The notes under the pieces were generated by a model. It was not told the origin of the DNA and did not search any database. It worked only from the letters and a program-made list of their open reading frames with translations. From contig QPGO01000019.1 of assembly GCA_008632985.1 (NCBI GenBank), positions 124,001 to 188,000 of the forward strand: a stretch of DNA of 64,000 bases, read 5' to 3'. The DNA comes from Psammoneis japonica (Eukaryota). The position numbers and the translations under genes are program-made. Shown one piece after another: positions 12,001-25,200 of this stretch (the stretch's first letter is position 1; each line of letters begins with the position of its first letter).

Positions 12001-14064
12001 GTTGGCTTCAAGCACAACAGGAGCATTTCCTGTTTGTGGTGTCAGACACAAATTCTAATGCATGTGGGTGAAAGATCCCTGCAACCCGGACAATGTCATG
12101 AACCACAGGGTTCAATCAGTCACAGTTTGTCCCATCATTGTTTTGTTCATCAGTGCAGCCATTGCCATGATGTCATTGATCATGAACAAGCCCAGCAACA
12201 ATGAGCACAATGTGCCACATTGTTTGATGATGCAGAGGTGGCCAAGGCATTGCCAGGGCAAGCAAGGAAGACTGAAAGATGTGATGGCTGAGAGAAGACA
12301 AGAAATTCAAGATGATGATTTCAACAGATGAGATGAGTCAACAATGGTTCAGGACAAACCAGTGTGTTTTAACTCAAGACCCGCGCCTCTGCCATGACAT
12401 GTTGGATGTGCACACATCTGCTGAAAAGCTGGAGATTGAAAGGGAAGGGAAGAATTGTCCATGCACAAGAGAAGAGTCAACATTGTTGACAACCACATGG
12501 CACAAACTGTGGATGAAGGGGTGCTGCTTGATGTGGGATGTGTGCAAGATTGCCAAAGCATGGAATCCCAAAGCACTTGAGCATGTGCCCACTGCTGGGC
12601 TGATGATGTTCTCCCTCCACAATGTCTGAGTGTGTCATCTGAAATCAAAGACTGTGGTGTTGAGGCACACAAGACCAAAGAATTTTGACAAATTGTTGGG
12701 TCTTAAGGCTGAAGACAAGACACAACATGTTGTCATTTCTTCAGAGAACATGACCATTGCAACAAGTGTGCAGACAAAACAGATGTCACAGGATTGTTGG
12801 GCAACAAGCTGCAGTTTACTTGCCCTGGACAGATGTGCTGTCAACAGCTCACCAAGTCTGTCAACAGTCAGTTGTCCTCCTGCCTGTGGCGTGGACAAAC
12901 TTGGGGTTTGTGGTCACCTCATGCTGCATCTCAACCTGCTTGCTTTCCCAGAGGAGAAGTGAGTCAATGCTCAATTGTGCAAGCTGTTGATGTTGTTCTT
13001 TGTGATGCCACAAAGATGGCGTCATTCTTCCAACATGCAATTGACCAAGCAAGGCCCAAGAGTGAGGAAACTTGCCACAGAATGAAGTTTTTTGATTTGA
13101 TTTGATTCCTGATGTGGTCAATGGCTGGATTGAAGACCTGATTGCTGGCCCACACAGCGCAGTTGCAAAAGAGAGGACTGGCCATGCTCATGTGGAACAT
13201 TTTGGAGAGCATGCACAAGGCATTGCATGATTGTTCAATGGCACATTTGACTGCTCCAATGTTGGATGGTTTGCCCATTTGTGCACTTGTGAATTGAAGG
13301 ATGTCAGCACCAACAAAGCAGCCAATGTGGCTGGTGACATTGGCCAATGTGCCACAGGGGTTGCAGCCAAGCCTCCTGGATGTTTGGCATCCTGGTGTCA
13401 CATTGATGATGACAGCAGCAGCAGTGTTGCAGCCAGAGCACAGAAGACCCAGAAAATGGAGATCACACAAGAAATCCAGACAGTCTGAAGAAAAGACATT
13501 CAACTCCTGCCATGGCATGCTTGATGTTTTGTTGCAAGAACAAATTTGCTGTCACTCAATCCTTTGTCATTTCATCTCACTTTTGGTGTGAATCATTTGA
13601 TTTGTGCAATTTGTCAGTTTCAGCATTGCAGCAGGTGCCCATTGTTGCATGAGTTTGCATTGATGTCTTTGACAACATCAGAGCACCCATTGCAGTGATC
13701 CAGACCACCTTTCTCACAGCAATTTTTTTAATCTGTCACAGTGCAAAATTCTGTTGTTTCAAACCTTGACAGTTGTGCAGCTGGCAACAACATGTCAACT
13801 GTGACAGATGAACATTTTTGTGCCATGGGATCAGACCCTCCCTCCCCATGAGGAAAACATGTTTCACCATGAAGCAGGGGCATGTTTTCCATGTGAGAGT
13901 GCCCACCCTCTGTCCCTGCAAAACCTGCAAATTAAAGTCATTTGCATTGCACCATGAACATTCCACTTTGTTGTTTGCATTTAAGTTGAATGATGCTGAT
14001 GGAGACAATGCCCCAGAGTTTGCAGCAGCAGTTGCAGCTCACTTTCTTGAAGTGCCACTGCTGG

Positions 14065-14535
14065 CAGCCACCTTGTTCATTGCCAAAAAAGTGCAGAAAA
14101 CGTTGTGAGAGTGCAGTGTGGATGAACTGACACTGCCAACAGGAACGGCAACATGGGCTTGCCAGCGCATCCAGCACCGCACTGATTCTGGAGCAGGCGA
14201 GTTTGTGGCAGGAGCTGCTGTTCCATCATTTGAATTGCTGCTGCTCTGTTCCACATCATTCATTGTCAAAAAGAGCAGAACATGTTGTGAGAGCACAACA
14301 CAGATGAACCAACACAACCCACAGGAATGGCAACATGGACTCACCAGTGCATCCAGCACGCTGATTCTAGAGCAGGCAAGTTTGCAGCAGCAGAAGTGCT
14401 GTTGCTCTGATCCACCTTGTTCATTGCCAAAAAGTGCAGAGCACATTGTGAGAGCACAATGCAGATGAGCCAACATGAGCCACAACACACACTTGCCAGT
14501 GCATTGGTGCATCCAGTGCCGCTGATTCTGGAGCA
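14065..14535 (+). repeat. Degenerate tandem repeat, about 3 units of ~170 bp
   Basis: Recurrent ccaccttgttcattgccaaaaagtgcaga...ttgtgagag...gcatccag...ctgattctggagca. Confidence 0.55.
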
Positions 14536-16500
14536 ACGTGGATGCCGGTGCATGTGAGCAAGCAAAAAAACATCTTAAGTGCCACAGAATGCACTTGCTG
14601 GAACAGCCATGGGAGCAAGCACCACCTGCATGTGCGCCACACTGCACAAGACACTGCATGAATGACAAAGTCATGTGACAATGACTGGGTTTGCCCCGCA
14701 CCTCCTGTGCTGAGAGCTGCAGGAACAAGCACCACCTGCAGTCTTTCTGGATCTGGATTTGGAAATTGGAGAAGGCAGGTGCATTGTTGGCAAGCACATC
14801 AAAAACCAATGAACCTCTCTCTTTGCACATGCCTTGCTTGAACAGTGTCATTTGTGGCAACTCATGATGATTCTGGGTGCAAAACTCTGGCATGCGTGAT
14901 CATGCCAATGCTGCAGAAAAGCAAGTTTGTGATGTGCATGCACACAACACACAACAACACACCAGCAGCTCAGCATTCTGGATGCAGCAGATTTGTGACA
15001 GCACACTCGCGATCACGAAACTCAAGCTGTGCCTGAATCAAAACCCATCTTGACCAACCAGAAGGACAACAGGTTTCACCACACATTGAGCTGCTGTCAT
15101 CGGCCAATGGGGTGAAGTCTTTTGTCACCATGGCCAGTTGTCAATTTGCAGATTTGCAACCACACACAGGATCCACGTGAATCACAACAGCGCACACTCT
15201 CGTTTTTCAAACTTTGGGGAGAGGGTGCACTGTTGTGAAGTGTGCAGAAAATTGCGCATGTAAAAAACACTCTGAAAATGCCATGGACCAACGGGCTGCA
15301 CAAATCTGGGAAACATGAAGAAAAATGAAGGTGGGTCACATGCGTGTGCGAAGTGCTGCATGTGCAGCAGACTGCACACGTGCGAAGACACATGCACATG
15401 AGTGAGGAGGACAAAGTTAAAACCATGTTTGAGTTGATTGCAATCAAAAGGAAACCAAACCATGCGCAAAAAAATGGATTTTGATCCCCAATTAAATTGA
15501 ACACTGCACGCATTTGATTGAAGCTTGTGCAAGAAAAGTGAAGGAGACATCAGATGAAATGCAAAAAACAGCTGCATTTTGTTGAGCACTTTTGCTGGCA
15601 TTTTTTAAATTCTGCTTGTTAACAATTTTAAAAATGCACATTAAAAAATTTACAAAGGAAAGTGGAAACCACCACATTGTGGCCTCTGATGAACCCACAG
15701 TCATCACAGACTGCCAAGGCAAGTGCATTGAGTGGCACAGGAAGCCCAACTGGATTCCTCTTTTGGTGCCCTTGACTTATCAGCTCAACATTTCTGTTCA
15801 AGAATTGCGTGATTTTCACAGATGCACATCCAGGTTTTTCCCAGTTTTTGCCACAGGTTCCTTTCTGTTTTGGCCTCCAGTTTTGGGTGTTTTGCCATGG
15901 CAAAGCATGACAACAATGATGGCCAAAATTTGCTGAAAAAAGTGGGGGTGTTGAGCACCACCTTTTGGAATCCCATCATGTTGGCATTGTGTGGCACACA
16001 TTTCAGGTGCCAGTGCTTGACAGCCCCACTTGCATTGTGACAAAATTGCCGAGGACATGTTGTTGTAGCTGGCTGATTTTTTCTTCTGCTGTGCCATGCA
16101 AAATCACAACCCTTTTGCAAAAATCCATGGCCTTTTTGTGTGGAGCTGCAAACCTTTTTTATTTCATCACTCACTTGCTTGACAAGTGAGTTGTGAGTGC
16201 TTTTCTTTGTGACAATTGCAGACAACAAAGAAGCAGATGTTGCAAGAGTCAACTCAAAAATTGAAAATGCACTCATGCTGCATCTCAGCAAGCAAAGGAC
16301 AACCCATCCAAAATGGCTCACAGAGAAGAAACAGGAAACCAGGTTGCAAGTGAGCTGCTGGTTCAAAGAAAATTGACAACCAAGCCCTGCCAAGCACAGG
16401 CAGTTTGCAACCACAGCCATTTTACAACTGGAGCTGCTTGCATCAATTTTTCAGTGCCCAAAAATGTGAAATGTGTTCTTGAGGGCAGGTTCAAAACAAT

Positions 16501-16990
16501 CTTGCTGTCAACACCCACCCCTCTCAATGAAAAATGCACCCCACACAGCAGCTGAAGTGCAAGATCAGCACACCCTGCAGAGAGGAAGACAGCTGTTGTT
16601 GAAGTGTCAGAGGACACAAAAAGAAACACTTGCTGTCAACACCCACCCCTCTCAATGAAAAATGCACCCCACATTGCAGCTGAAGTGCAAGATCAGCACA
16701 CCCTGTGGAGAGGAAGACAGCTGTTGTTGAAGCGTCAGAGGACACAAAAAGAAACACCAAGGAAAACCAAATGTTTGTTCAATGACAATGTGGTGGCATG
16801 CACACACACATTTGGGTCTGAACACCCAGTGGTGCAAGGGTGACCTCCATCCTGTCCACCTCCTTGACACCCCTTTCCTCAATGACAAATGCGCCCCGCA
16901 TTGTGGCTGAAATGCAAGATGAACACACCTTGCAGAGAGCAAGACAGCTGTTGTTGAAGCATCGCAGAGGGCACAAAAAGAAACACTGAG
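16501..16990 (+). repeat. 128-bp tandem repeat (two close copies plus one diverged)
   Basis: cttgctgtcaacacccacccctctcaatgaaaaatgcacccc...ggacacaaaaagaaaca at 16501 and 16629, with a diverged copy at ~16865-16990. Confidence 0.8.
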
Positions 16991-18377
16991 AAAAACCAAA
17001 TGTTGCCAAATGAATGACATGATGCAGCACTGTGCACACACACCTTTGGGATGATTCGTCATTTTGTCACAAGCAATGGTTGCCTGTTCAATGTCCCACA
17101 CACTTCAAAGTGAGCAAGGAGTTCCTTGGACACAGGGCTGATTTACAAACATGGGAGTCACAAGAGATTGCACACCTGTTGTCATGGCAATTGCAGCAAT
17201 TTCATCAGCACACATTTCTCTGCTTTACAGGAAAACAAAAAAGGGCACCCCAAAACAACTCAACTCACCTGTTGCGAAAAATGCAGCCAAAACAAGCAGC
17301 AGTGGTTGTGCCAGAGATTGTGTCAAGTTGTCAAGATTTGCTTCTTGCTGGTGCTTGTTCAACACATCTTTCAACTCTTCCAATGGATTGGTGGTCATGT
17401 GTGGAGCTCTCAGCACCCTCAGCAATGGATGAAGAGGGGGTGGCACCATGAGTGAAAAAGCAAGAAAAGGAGACACAATGGTGAAGTGAGAAACAAGGAT
17501 GAGATTGTTAAAAAATTGTTGCAAGAACACTGTCTTCAGACAGCACCAGTTTCTCAATGAAAATGTCATAAAAAACATGAGGGCAGGGTGGCAACAGCAG
17601 CATTGTCCAAGCCAAATGTCCAAAAGAAAACTGAGCAAAAATGTGGGAGACACATCTGCAAGGGCTGGAGAGGCAAAAAGAGTTTGGAAAGCAGATGCAC
17701 AAGCAAAAGAAGAATGAGCAAGGATGCCAAACAATTTGGCAAAGTTTGGTTAAAAGGGTTGTGGAAATGAACAGACAAACAAGAGAGCACACAAGAAACT
17801 GCGGTCAAGGAGGTGCAAGTGGAGGAAAATGAAAAAACACCAATGACTTTGATGCCCAACCCATGGAACCACAGGCAGATGTTTTTAATTTCTTGTGCTT
17901 GGCAAGGAGCCACATTTGCAAGTGAATGAACCAATTGGCAAGTGCAGGACAAAACAAACAAGCAACAAAGTTGCATCTGGTGCTGGAGTCCAGTGTGGAA
18001 AAAGGTGGCTGTGTGGGCAAGAAGATTTGTGCAGGGGCGCCGCTGGGATGTGAAGGTGCAAAACCTGTGCAGAGCATGCGCAGCACACCAGCACCACTGC
18101 CCGCATCAAATGCAGTGAGACCCAAATTGCGGCCCAGCTGGCGCATCAGAAAATGGGACCCAACCCTGCATGGCCAATGCAGGATGGACCTGCATGGCTC
18201 AGCTGGGCTTGATCCAAATTGTTCCCCCTCAAATGTGTCACCAGCACAAACTTCTTGGCTCTTGGCAATGTCACTGGATCAGACAGCAAGCTCCAACACT
18301 TGTGCAGCACCCTGCTGTGCTGCAGCAGCTGCTGCACAGTGTGCAGAGAAGCCAGCAACCAAGCAAATGGTTGAGCA

Positions 18378-19144
18378 CAGGTGAGACTCCATGTGACATC
18401 AAGCCCACAGAATTCTGCATGCAAGCTCAGAGAACAAGAGTTCACAACAAACAAACAAACAAGTTTGCAGGGCATTTGCACCTGTCCACACTTGAAATTT
18501 TTGAACATCCACCCACCCTGCACAATTCTTGCTGTGAGGTGATTGCAGAACAAAGGGGTGAAGGTGAGATCATTTGATTTTTCAGGATTTCCACCATGCT
18601 TTTAGTTTGTCAAATTTAAGGTTGCACTCAGTCATCAAAGCCCCTGCAAGCAACCTCCATTTGATGGCAAAATGTCGCACCAATGCCGAGCTCAGTTTTT
18701 TGACCATTGTTTGTTTGATGCACTCAATTGCCAAACAATTGAGAGTTTGTCCGGGGGGACTTTCCTTGCACACTCATGTTCACAACAGTGCAATTTCTGA
18801 CAGCACATGAAAAATGTCGTTGTCTTTGTTGGCATGGAGCGGCAATTTGTTGTGCAAATTGCAGTCAACTGCACAGCCACTGTCTGCCCAACATTGCACT
18901 GCTGTGCACAACTTCTGCACATGCCTTGAGAAGTTCAAGAATTGCACAGAAGAAAAAATGTAAAAAGTTGTTGAATGGACAACAGCCCAACAACTGCACT
19001 GCAAAATGATGCAAAAATCCAATGAAGTCATGCAGAAACATGCTTGCGCAACATGAGGCACAATCCAAAAAATGTCAATGTCACAGTTCAGTGGTGCAAG
19101 GTCCCACCCACCTGCTGTTCCAGTGGCTGGAGCTGGAGCATGTC
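18378..19144 (+). mobile_element. Longer degenerate member of the MITE family seen at 45691 and 58953
   Basis: Left end caggtgagactccatgtgacat...cccacagaattc and right end tgtcacagttcagtggtgcaaggtcccacc...ggagctgga match the ends of the other copies. Confidence 0.6.
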
Positions 19145-19206
19145 CACAGTTGCAAAAATTAAGTCACAAGTTGGGCCACAATGTGCGTTGCATTTTCACA
19201 CAACAT

Positions 19207-22200
19207 GCACCTTCAGGTTTGCCAGGCACTGAGTCAAGTGTCCAGATTGCAGATTGCAATTTGACATTTGTCACTGACTCTTGTTTTGGTCATGCTTCAT
19301 TGATTTGTGACCATTTCTCTTGAGTTCTCTTGTCAAACATCAAGCACATTGCTTTGCAACAATTTGAGTTAAGAGTCAAAAGAAGAGTGCTTTGGAGGAC
19401 AAGACTTCTGCAGCTCTTGACATGAAAATGCAATCACATGAACAATGGTTGTTGTGGTTTGGACCAATTGCTCTCATTGTTGACAACAGTTGTGGAGGTT
19501 TTGATCAAGATTGGGTTGCTGCCAAATGCCCTCCCTCCCTTATGAGGATGCAGGAGGGCCCATTGCTCAGAACATTGCCACGGCCATTGCAAGCCTCACA
19601 AATCCTGCTTGGCTTGCTGTTGGTCAATGGAAGTTTGTCATCAACTCTTGGCTTTCCAAACAAGTTGTTGCCTTGTTTGTGTCCTTGTCCACCACCCCAA
19701 AGGAAGAGTCCAAGCAAGATTTCAACCCTCAGGTTGGAAATGGTCCTCAAGTGCCCTCCAGTGTCCAACAAAAAACCTGCAAGGACACTGCTCTGCTCAA
19801 TGATCTGTCAGACCCTTTTGTCCCTCACTCCCACACTCAACCGGATGAGCCATCTGGCAAAGTCTTGGAACAGATTGTCAGATGAATGCAAGGAGACCTT
19901 GATCAGCTTTCCTGCAAGAATTCATCCTGGCACAACCTGCTGTGCCAAGAGATTGAGAAAAACACACACCTGGAGACATGTGTCTCAGATGTTGAATTGG
20001 CCACTCCAAGCTCTGATGCAGATGCCCTCCCCTGGATTGATCATGTCCAAGAAGCTCAAATTTGAGTGGTTGACTCACCAGCTCTGCAAGTTCAAGCAAA
20101 GGGTGAGGATCCTGCTTGTGACCTTCACTCATTGAAGTGCAAAGTGGGTGCTCTTGAGAGTCAAGCATCAGTTGGCTGTGGTGTCTCAGCACATGGAGTC
20201 TCCTTCAATGCCCCCTTGGAGATTGGGTCTTGGCTCTGCCCAACCAAGAACTTGGCAGCTGTGTTCCATGATGCTGTGTCCTTGTCACACTCCATTGGGG
20301 CAATGACTTCCTCTCACAAGAGTGCTCTTGCAATGATGAAAGTGCAGCAAGATGTTAAAATTTCTTGTGACATGGAAGCAAGGGCAATTGCTTCTTTTCA
20401 GACCAGCCTTTCTTGGATTCTCTTTGATGCTTCTGTGGAAGGAGACACAGTGGAAGACTCCCAATGTTTGTCCACCCAGTTGAAGAAGTGCTCTTCAATT
20501 GGCACACTGATGGTGGCATTTTGGGTGTGTCACAACAAATCTCAAGGGGTGCAATTGAAGTCCAAAACTGTGTGACTTTCCATGTGCTCTGGTTGAGTCA
20601 GGGCATGCTCAAAGATTCCTTGAACTTTGTGCGCTGCATTTTTCAGCTCATCAAGTTGGCACAACTTCTGCATCTTTTCTCCCGGTCACTCTTTTCTCCT
20701 GGTCACTGTGGAAGCAAGAAAGAACCTGAGAGAGAGTTTTGTCAGGATGACCCCTTCACACATGGGAAGGGGTCAATCATTGGACATTGCAGTCAGTCAA
20801 GTTGTCTTTTGATGCGGCTTTGCTCAACACATCTCCACTCACCAACATCCCTTGCCCCCTCTGATTGCATCATTTCTCACTGCTCTGCAGGTCTTTGTTG
20901 CCCCATCTGAGATTCATGACATTTTGCTCCCCATGACCTCTCCTCTGCATGGAGTCACTGCATGTCTCACAAGAGGTTCAGGGGGGAAGGTTGCCACCTG
21001 TGTTGCTCCTGTCACACCTGGGCTGCAGACAGAGGAAACAAGCTTCAGTTGAACAGGGTCCATCATCCTGAGCAACCCTCCAACTCCTTTGTAAACCCCA
21101 CAGCCCCTCTGCATTTTGAGGTGGCACAATGTTCTCTTGAAAATGTGCAGCCATGCTGGATGAGCTCATCAAATGCTTCTCATCCTTGGCCTCTTCCAGT
21201 CTCTGATGTGCCTGTCCTTGCTCCGTTGGTGTTTTTAAAAGGAAAGATGACAGCTGGGTTGTCAACATTGGTGGAACAAAGTGGATCCCCCCCCGATTGG
21301 AAATCTTCAACTGGTGGCTTGTGTTTGGACTTGGAACGTTGTGGTGCCACTTTGGACATGCATCAAATTTCTCATGCAGGCATCTTCATGGATCAGTGTG
21401 CAGTTGCCTGCCAAGGGCGACCCTTGCTCTCAGTTCTCTGAGGAAGACAGTCACCCTCGTGACAATTTGAACAATGACCTTGCACATGCCACTCTTCACA
21501 CAAAAACTGACCAGCAAGTGGGAGATGCCACACTGTGTTGTGCATCCCATTTTTGCTGGGTGTGGGAACCAAGCAGTGTGAGCAATGCTTTGGTGGCCAC
21601 TGAGGCAGACAACACTGGAGTGGGCACTTTGTTGTGGGCAGTTGGTGGACATGGCATTGAACTTGAGCATGCTGGAGATGTCATTCAGACATGTTTTCTG
21701 CTTGGTCATTGGAGGAAGCATGTTCTTTGTGACCTTTGATGGTTTTTGGTCCCAGTCTTGTGCACCAACCTTTCCAGTGGAGTTTCAACATGATCCAGAT
21801 GCTGTGTGCAATGTTTTCCCTTGGATTGTTTGAGCATCCTGGCAGGAGTGGTTGGATGGCAGCAGAGTCTTTTGGTGGCAATGGCCATCACTCTGGAGGA
21901 GAAGTGAAGCTCATGATGGGGGGCAGGCATGTTGCACGTCTTTTCCTCCTTGGCAATCCACACCTTGATGGGTTGAACCTGTGAGTGACCCCAAGTGTGA
22001 TCACCTGGTGGCAAAGTTGGGCACTCTGATTCACAGATGACATGTTGCCCCATTCTCTTGTGAGCTTGGTGCTCCACACATGGATTGTGGACTTCCACTT
22101 CCTTCTTTGTGGCACCCAAGGGCAGTGATGACATTTGGGTGGTGTGGAGAGACACTGAAATGGGGTCAATCCTGCCCTTTTCACCCCAAAGTTTTTCATG

Positions 22201-25200
22201 CCTGTCCCAGATGCATTTTTCCAATGATTGCCTCCTGGAGCATGTGTGGGCAACATGGACTGTGATGAGACATTCAACAAGTGGTGCACGCATCCCTTGG
22301 AATGTCAGCATGCTGGTGTCCATCACTTTCCAGACTGGCTGGCCCAACATTTGGGTGCTGTTTCATCCTTCTGTCATTGGGAGCATCTTCTCTTTGGATG
22401 GAGCCCTTCTTCTTCATTGGCCATTTGCATGGCACAGCGAGCCTTGGAGCTCATCAAGGGTGATTGGCATGACATGGTGCATCTCCCACTCCATTTTTCC
22501 AGAGTTCACATGAACTTGCCCATGTCCGCAGGTTGTGATCCAGCCCCACCTTTTCTTGCCAAGTGTCAGCATGGTGGACACATTGCTGCTGATGTTTTTT
22601 TCCTTTCAGATGACAGTTGACCTTTTGGTCCTGATGAGGGGTTGGCTTTGGCTGCAGTTCATGCTGCATCTGCTGGCACTCAATGATGTCTGGGCATTCA
22701 GGACAATGTGCTTCAAAAATGGCACAGCACTGGTCAGCATCCTGGTGCTTGGGCTGGCACTTGTGTTCATGCTGTTCAAAGTCTGGATCAGAAATTTGTC
22801 TCACAAGCAAAATGGGAAAAGTCAAAAGTCTCTCAAGCCTGGATTGTGGGTTTTGTGTTCAAAGATCAACTTTTGCCTCATGTGGAGTTTTGCTCATGTG
22901 GGTTGGTTTTCTTTGTCATGTTGCCTTGACAACCCATGATCACAAGCCACCATGTGTGAAAGGCATTTGCCTTTCCCTCAATTCTTGGCACCCTGATTTC
23001 ACCTGACTGGGAGACAGATGCTGACAAGGACAATCCCCCACTTGTTGATGACCACTTGTTGATGACAAGGGCGATGTTCTCCTGCTTGAGTCTGCCAACC
23101 AACAAAGTGGAGGTGGAGGAACCAGAATGTGTTTCACCCATGCCTTGCCTCAAGTGTGATGTCAGTGCATCATTGTCTTCTTTCAACTTCCTTGCCTTGA
23201 TCATGGTCCTCTTGCACCAGGTTTTGGGTGTTTGCTCCATTGCACATGGTTTTGCAGATGCCTCTGGCATGGATTTTGGTGGCACTCTGTGATCTCCCTC
23301 ATCACATGGAAGCAATCCTCAACAACTTGCACTGGAAGTGGCCCACATGGTTTCTGGTGCACCCAGCTGTTAGAAAAATTGTCCAGCTGCTGCAAATTCT
23401 GCAATTTGGTCAAACACATGAGGCACATGGTGGAAAAGGGAAAGCTGACTGGCAAAGAGGTGTGGACAGCCACAGACAATGGGGTTGCTGAAAATGCTTT
23501 CTGCTCAGGCTCTTCACAAAACCCCAAGCTGTTTGAGCTCATGCTGGAGCTTCAACAGCAGATGGTGGTGCAAGTGGATTCTGTGCTTTGTGTTGTCCAT
23601 GTGGCAGGTCTCTGAATGACAAAGGAAGCAATGGATGGGCTCTCAAGGGGCAATGTGACACCCAAAGCCGTGACAGACTTGTCAAGTGCTCATGCATCTT
23701 TGGGCACCCCCCCCTTGTCCCAGTTCCCTGTGTCACTTTGGCTGCAATCTTGGTTGTGCACTGATTTCCAGGTTGCCACCCCTGAACACTGGCTCCAAGA
23801 GGCACAACAAGCCCTGGAATGTGAGTGCCTCTTGCCTTCCAAGACTTGGGTCTGGGATGTGCCACCTGCTTTGGAGTCACATGCTCTTGAAGAATTGGCT
23901 GGTGCACCACTGAAGGGTCATGATGTGCTCCAACAGGTGTGGGTTTGATCCCATGACTCCTGGAGCCTTCCTGGTTTTGTTGTTTTGTTTGTTCTGTTGA
24001 TTTTCACTTTGTCCTTCCATTGAGATGCCCAGAATGGCCAGAGTGCATGTTTGAACCTCTGATTGTTGGTGTCCATTTCCCTCTTTCTTTTAAAATGTGG
24101 GCCCTTGGAGTGGAAATGAGCCCCATTTTTGGTGGTGTTCACATGCGTGATGTCAAAGGTGTGCAAAACTGATCACACACTGGGGCATGATCATTTGCAG
24201 CAATTTGGGAATGCAGCTCTGTGGATCCAGGACATGCCAGATCACATGGTGTCCAGCACATCATCAGGCACCAACTGCCACAAGTTTCTTGGTGTGGCTT
24301 GCAACCAATCCGGTCACAGCAGGTGAATCCATTGTCAACCCAGAAGATGAAAGGCGATTCTTGGAAGCTTGTCCTGGAGATCATCTGGTTTGTCCCTTTG
24401 TGCTCAACAAATGTTCTTTGTTCTCATTGTTCAAACAGCTCCCAACTGATGATGATGCTCAAGGCAATGCCTTTGCACTGGATCACATGCAACATGCCAA
24501 CTTAGATGCCTTCCAGCTGGAGCAGGGAGCCAGAGACAGTCTCAGCAAATCTCCACTCTTTCAAGAAACAAACTCTTCTTGGCGAGGACTTGGGTTTTTG
24601 CATGTTTGACTTGCTTGGTCCATGTGAGTCTTTTGCAACTGACATGGGTCTTGCACAAATCAAATCTCCCTGGTTGCCACAAGGAGAAACAATTTTTTTG
24701 TCTGCACACAAGGCTTGAGGGATCCACACAAACATGTTTTTTGCTTCAGAAAAGGGCCTTCCAGAGCCTTTGGCAGCTTGGACTGACAAGAAACACGTGG
24801 TTGTTTGGAAGAAACCCAACTGACTCTGTGTGGTGCACTGCATTTGCCAAAGGTCTAGAGCATCATCTGGGCCAACAAGTTGAATGTGACATGGCTGTTT
24901 CCATTGAAGGTCATGACAGAATTTCTGGAGATGGCCAAAGGAGTGAGATGCAGCTGTCACAGAGGAGATTTGGATGATCAGAAAACCACGGCATTGTGGG
25001 CTTGCTGTTTTCTCATTGCATTCTGTCACAATTTGCAAGGATGGGAAGTCATGAAGGCCACTCAAAACAAGTTGAAGCATCAGATTGTTGTGGAAGAACA
25101 AGCAGCATCCAGGAACACTGTTGCTCACCCAGGTGTCTCTTTGTGTGGTTGGCTTGAATGTTGTGGAAATGCTCAAGTGTGATTGTCAGCTCTGCTCATT

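Noticed and set aside
8230..19200. Dozens of 60-280 aa ORFs as genes
   Set aside because: They overlap in all frames, lack Tyr and have no recognisable domains apart from the Copia relic. They are explained by loss of TAA/TAG codons.
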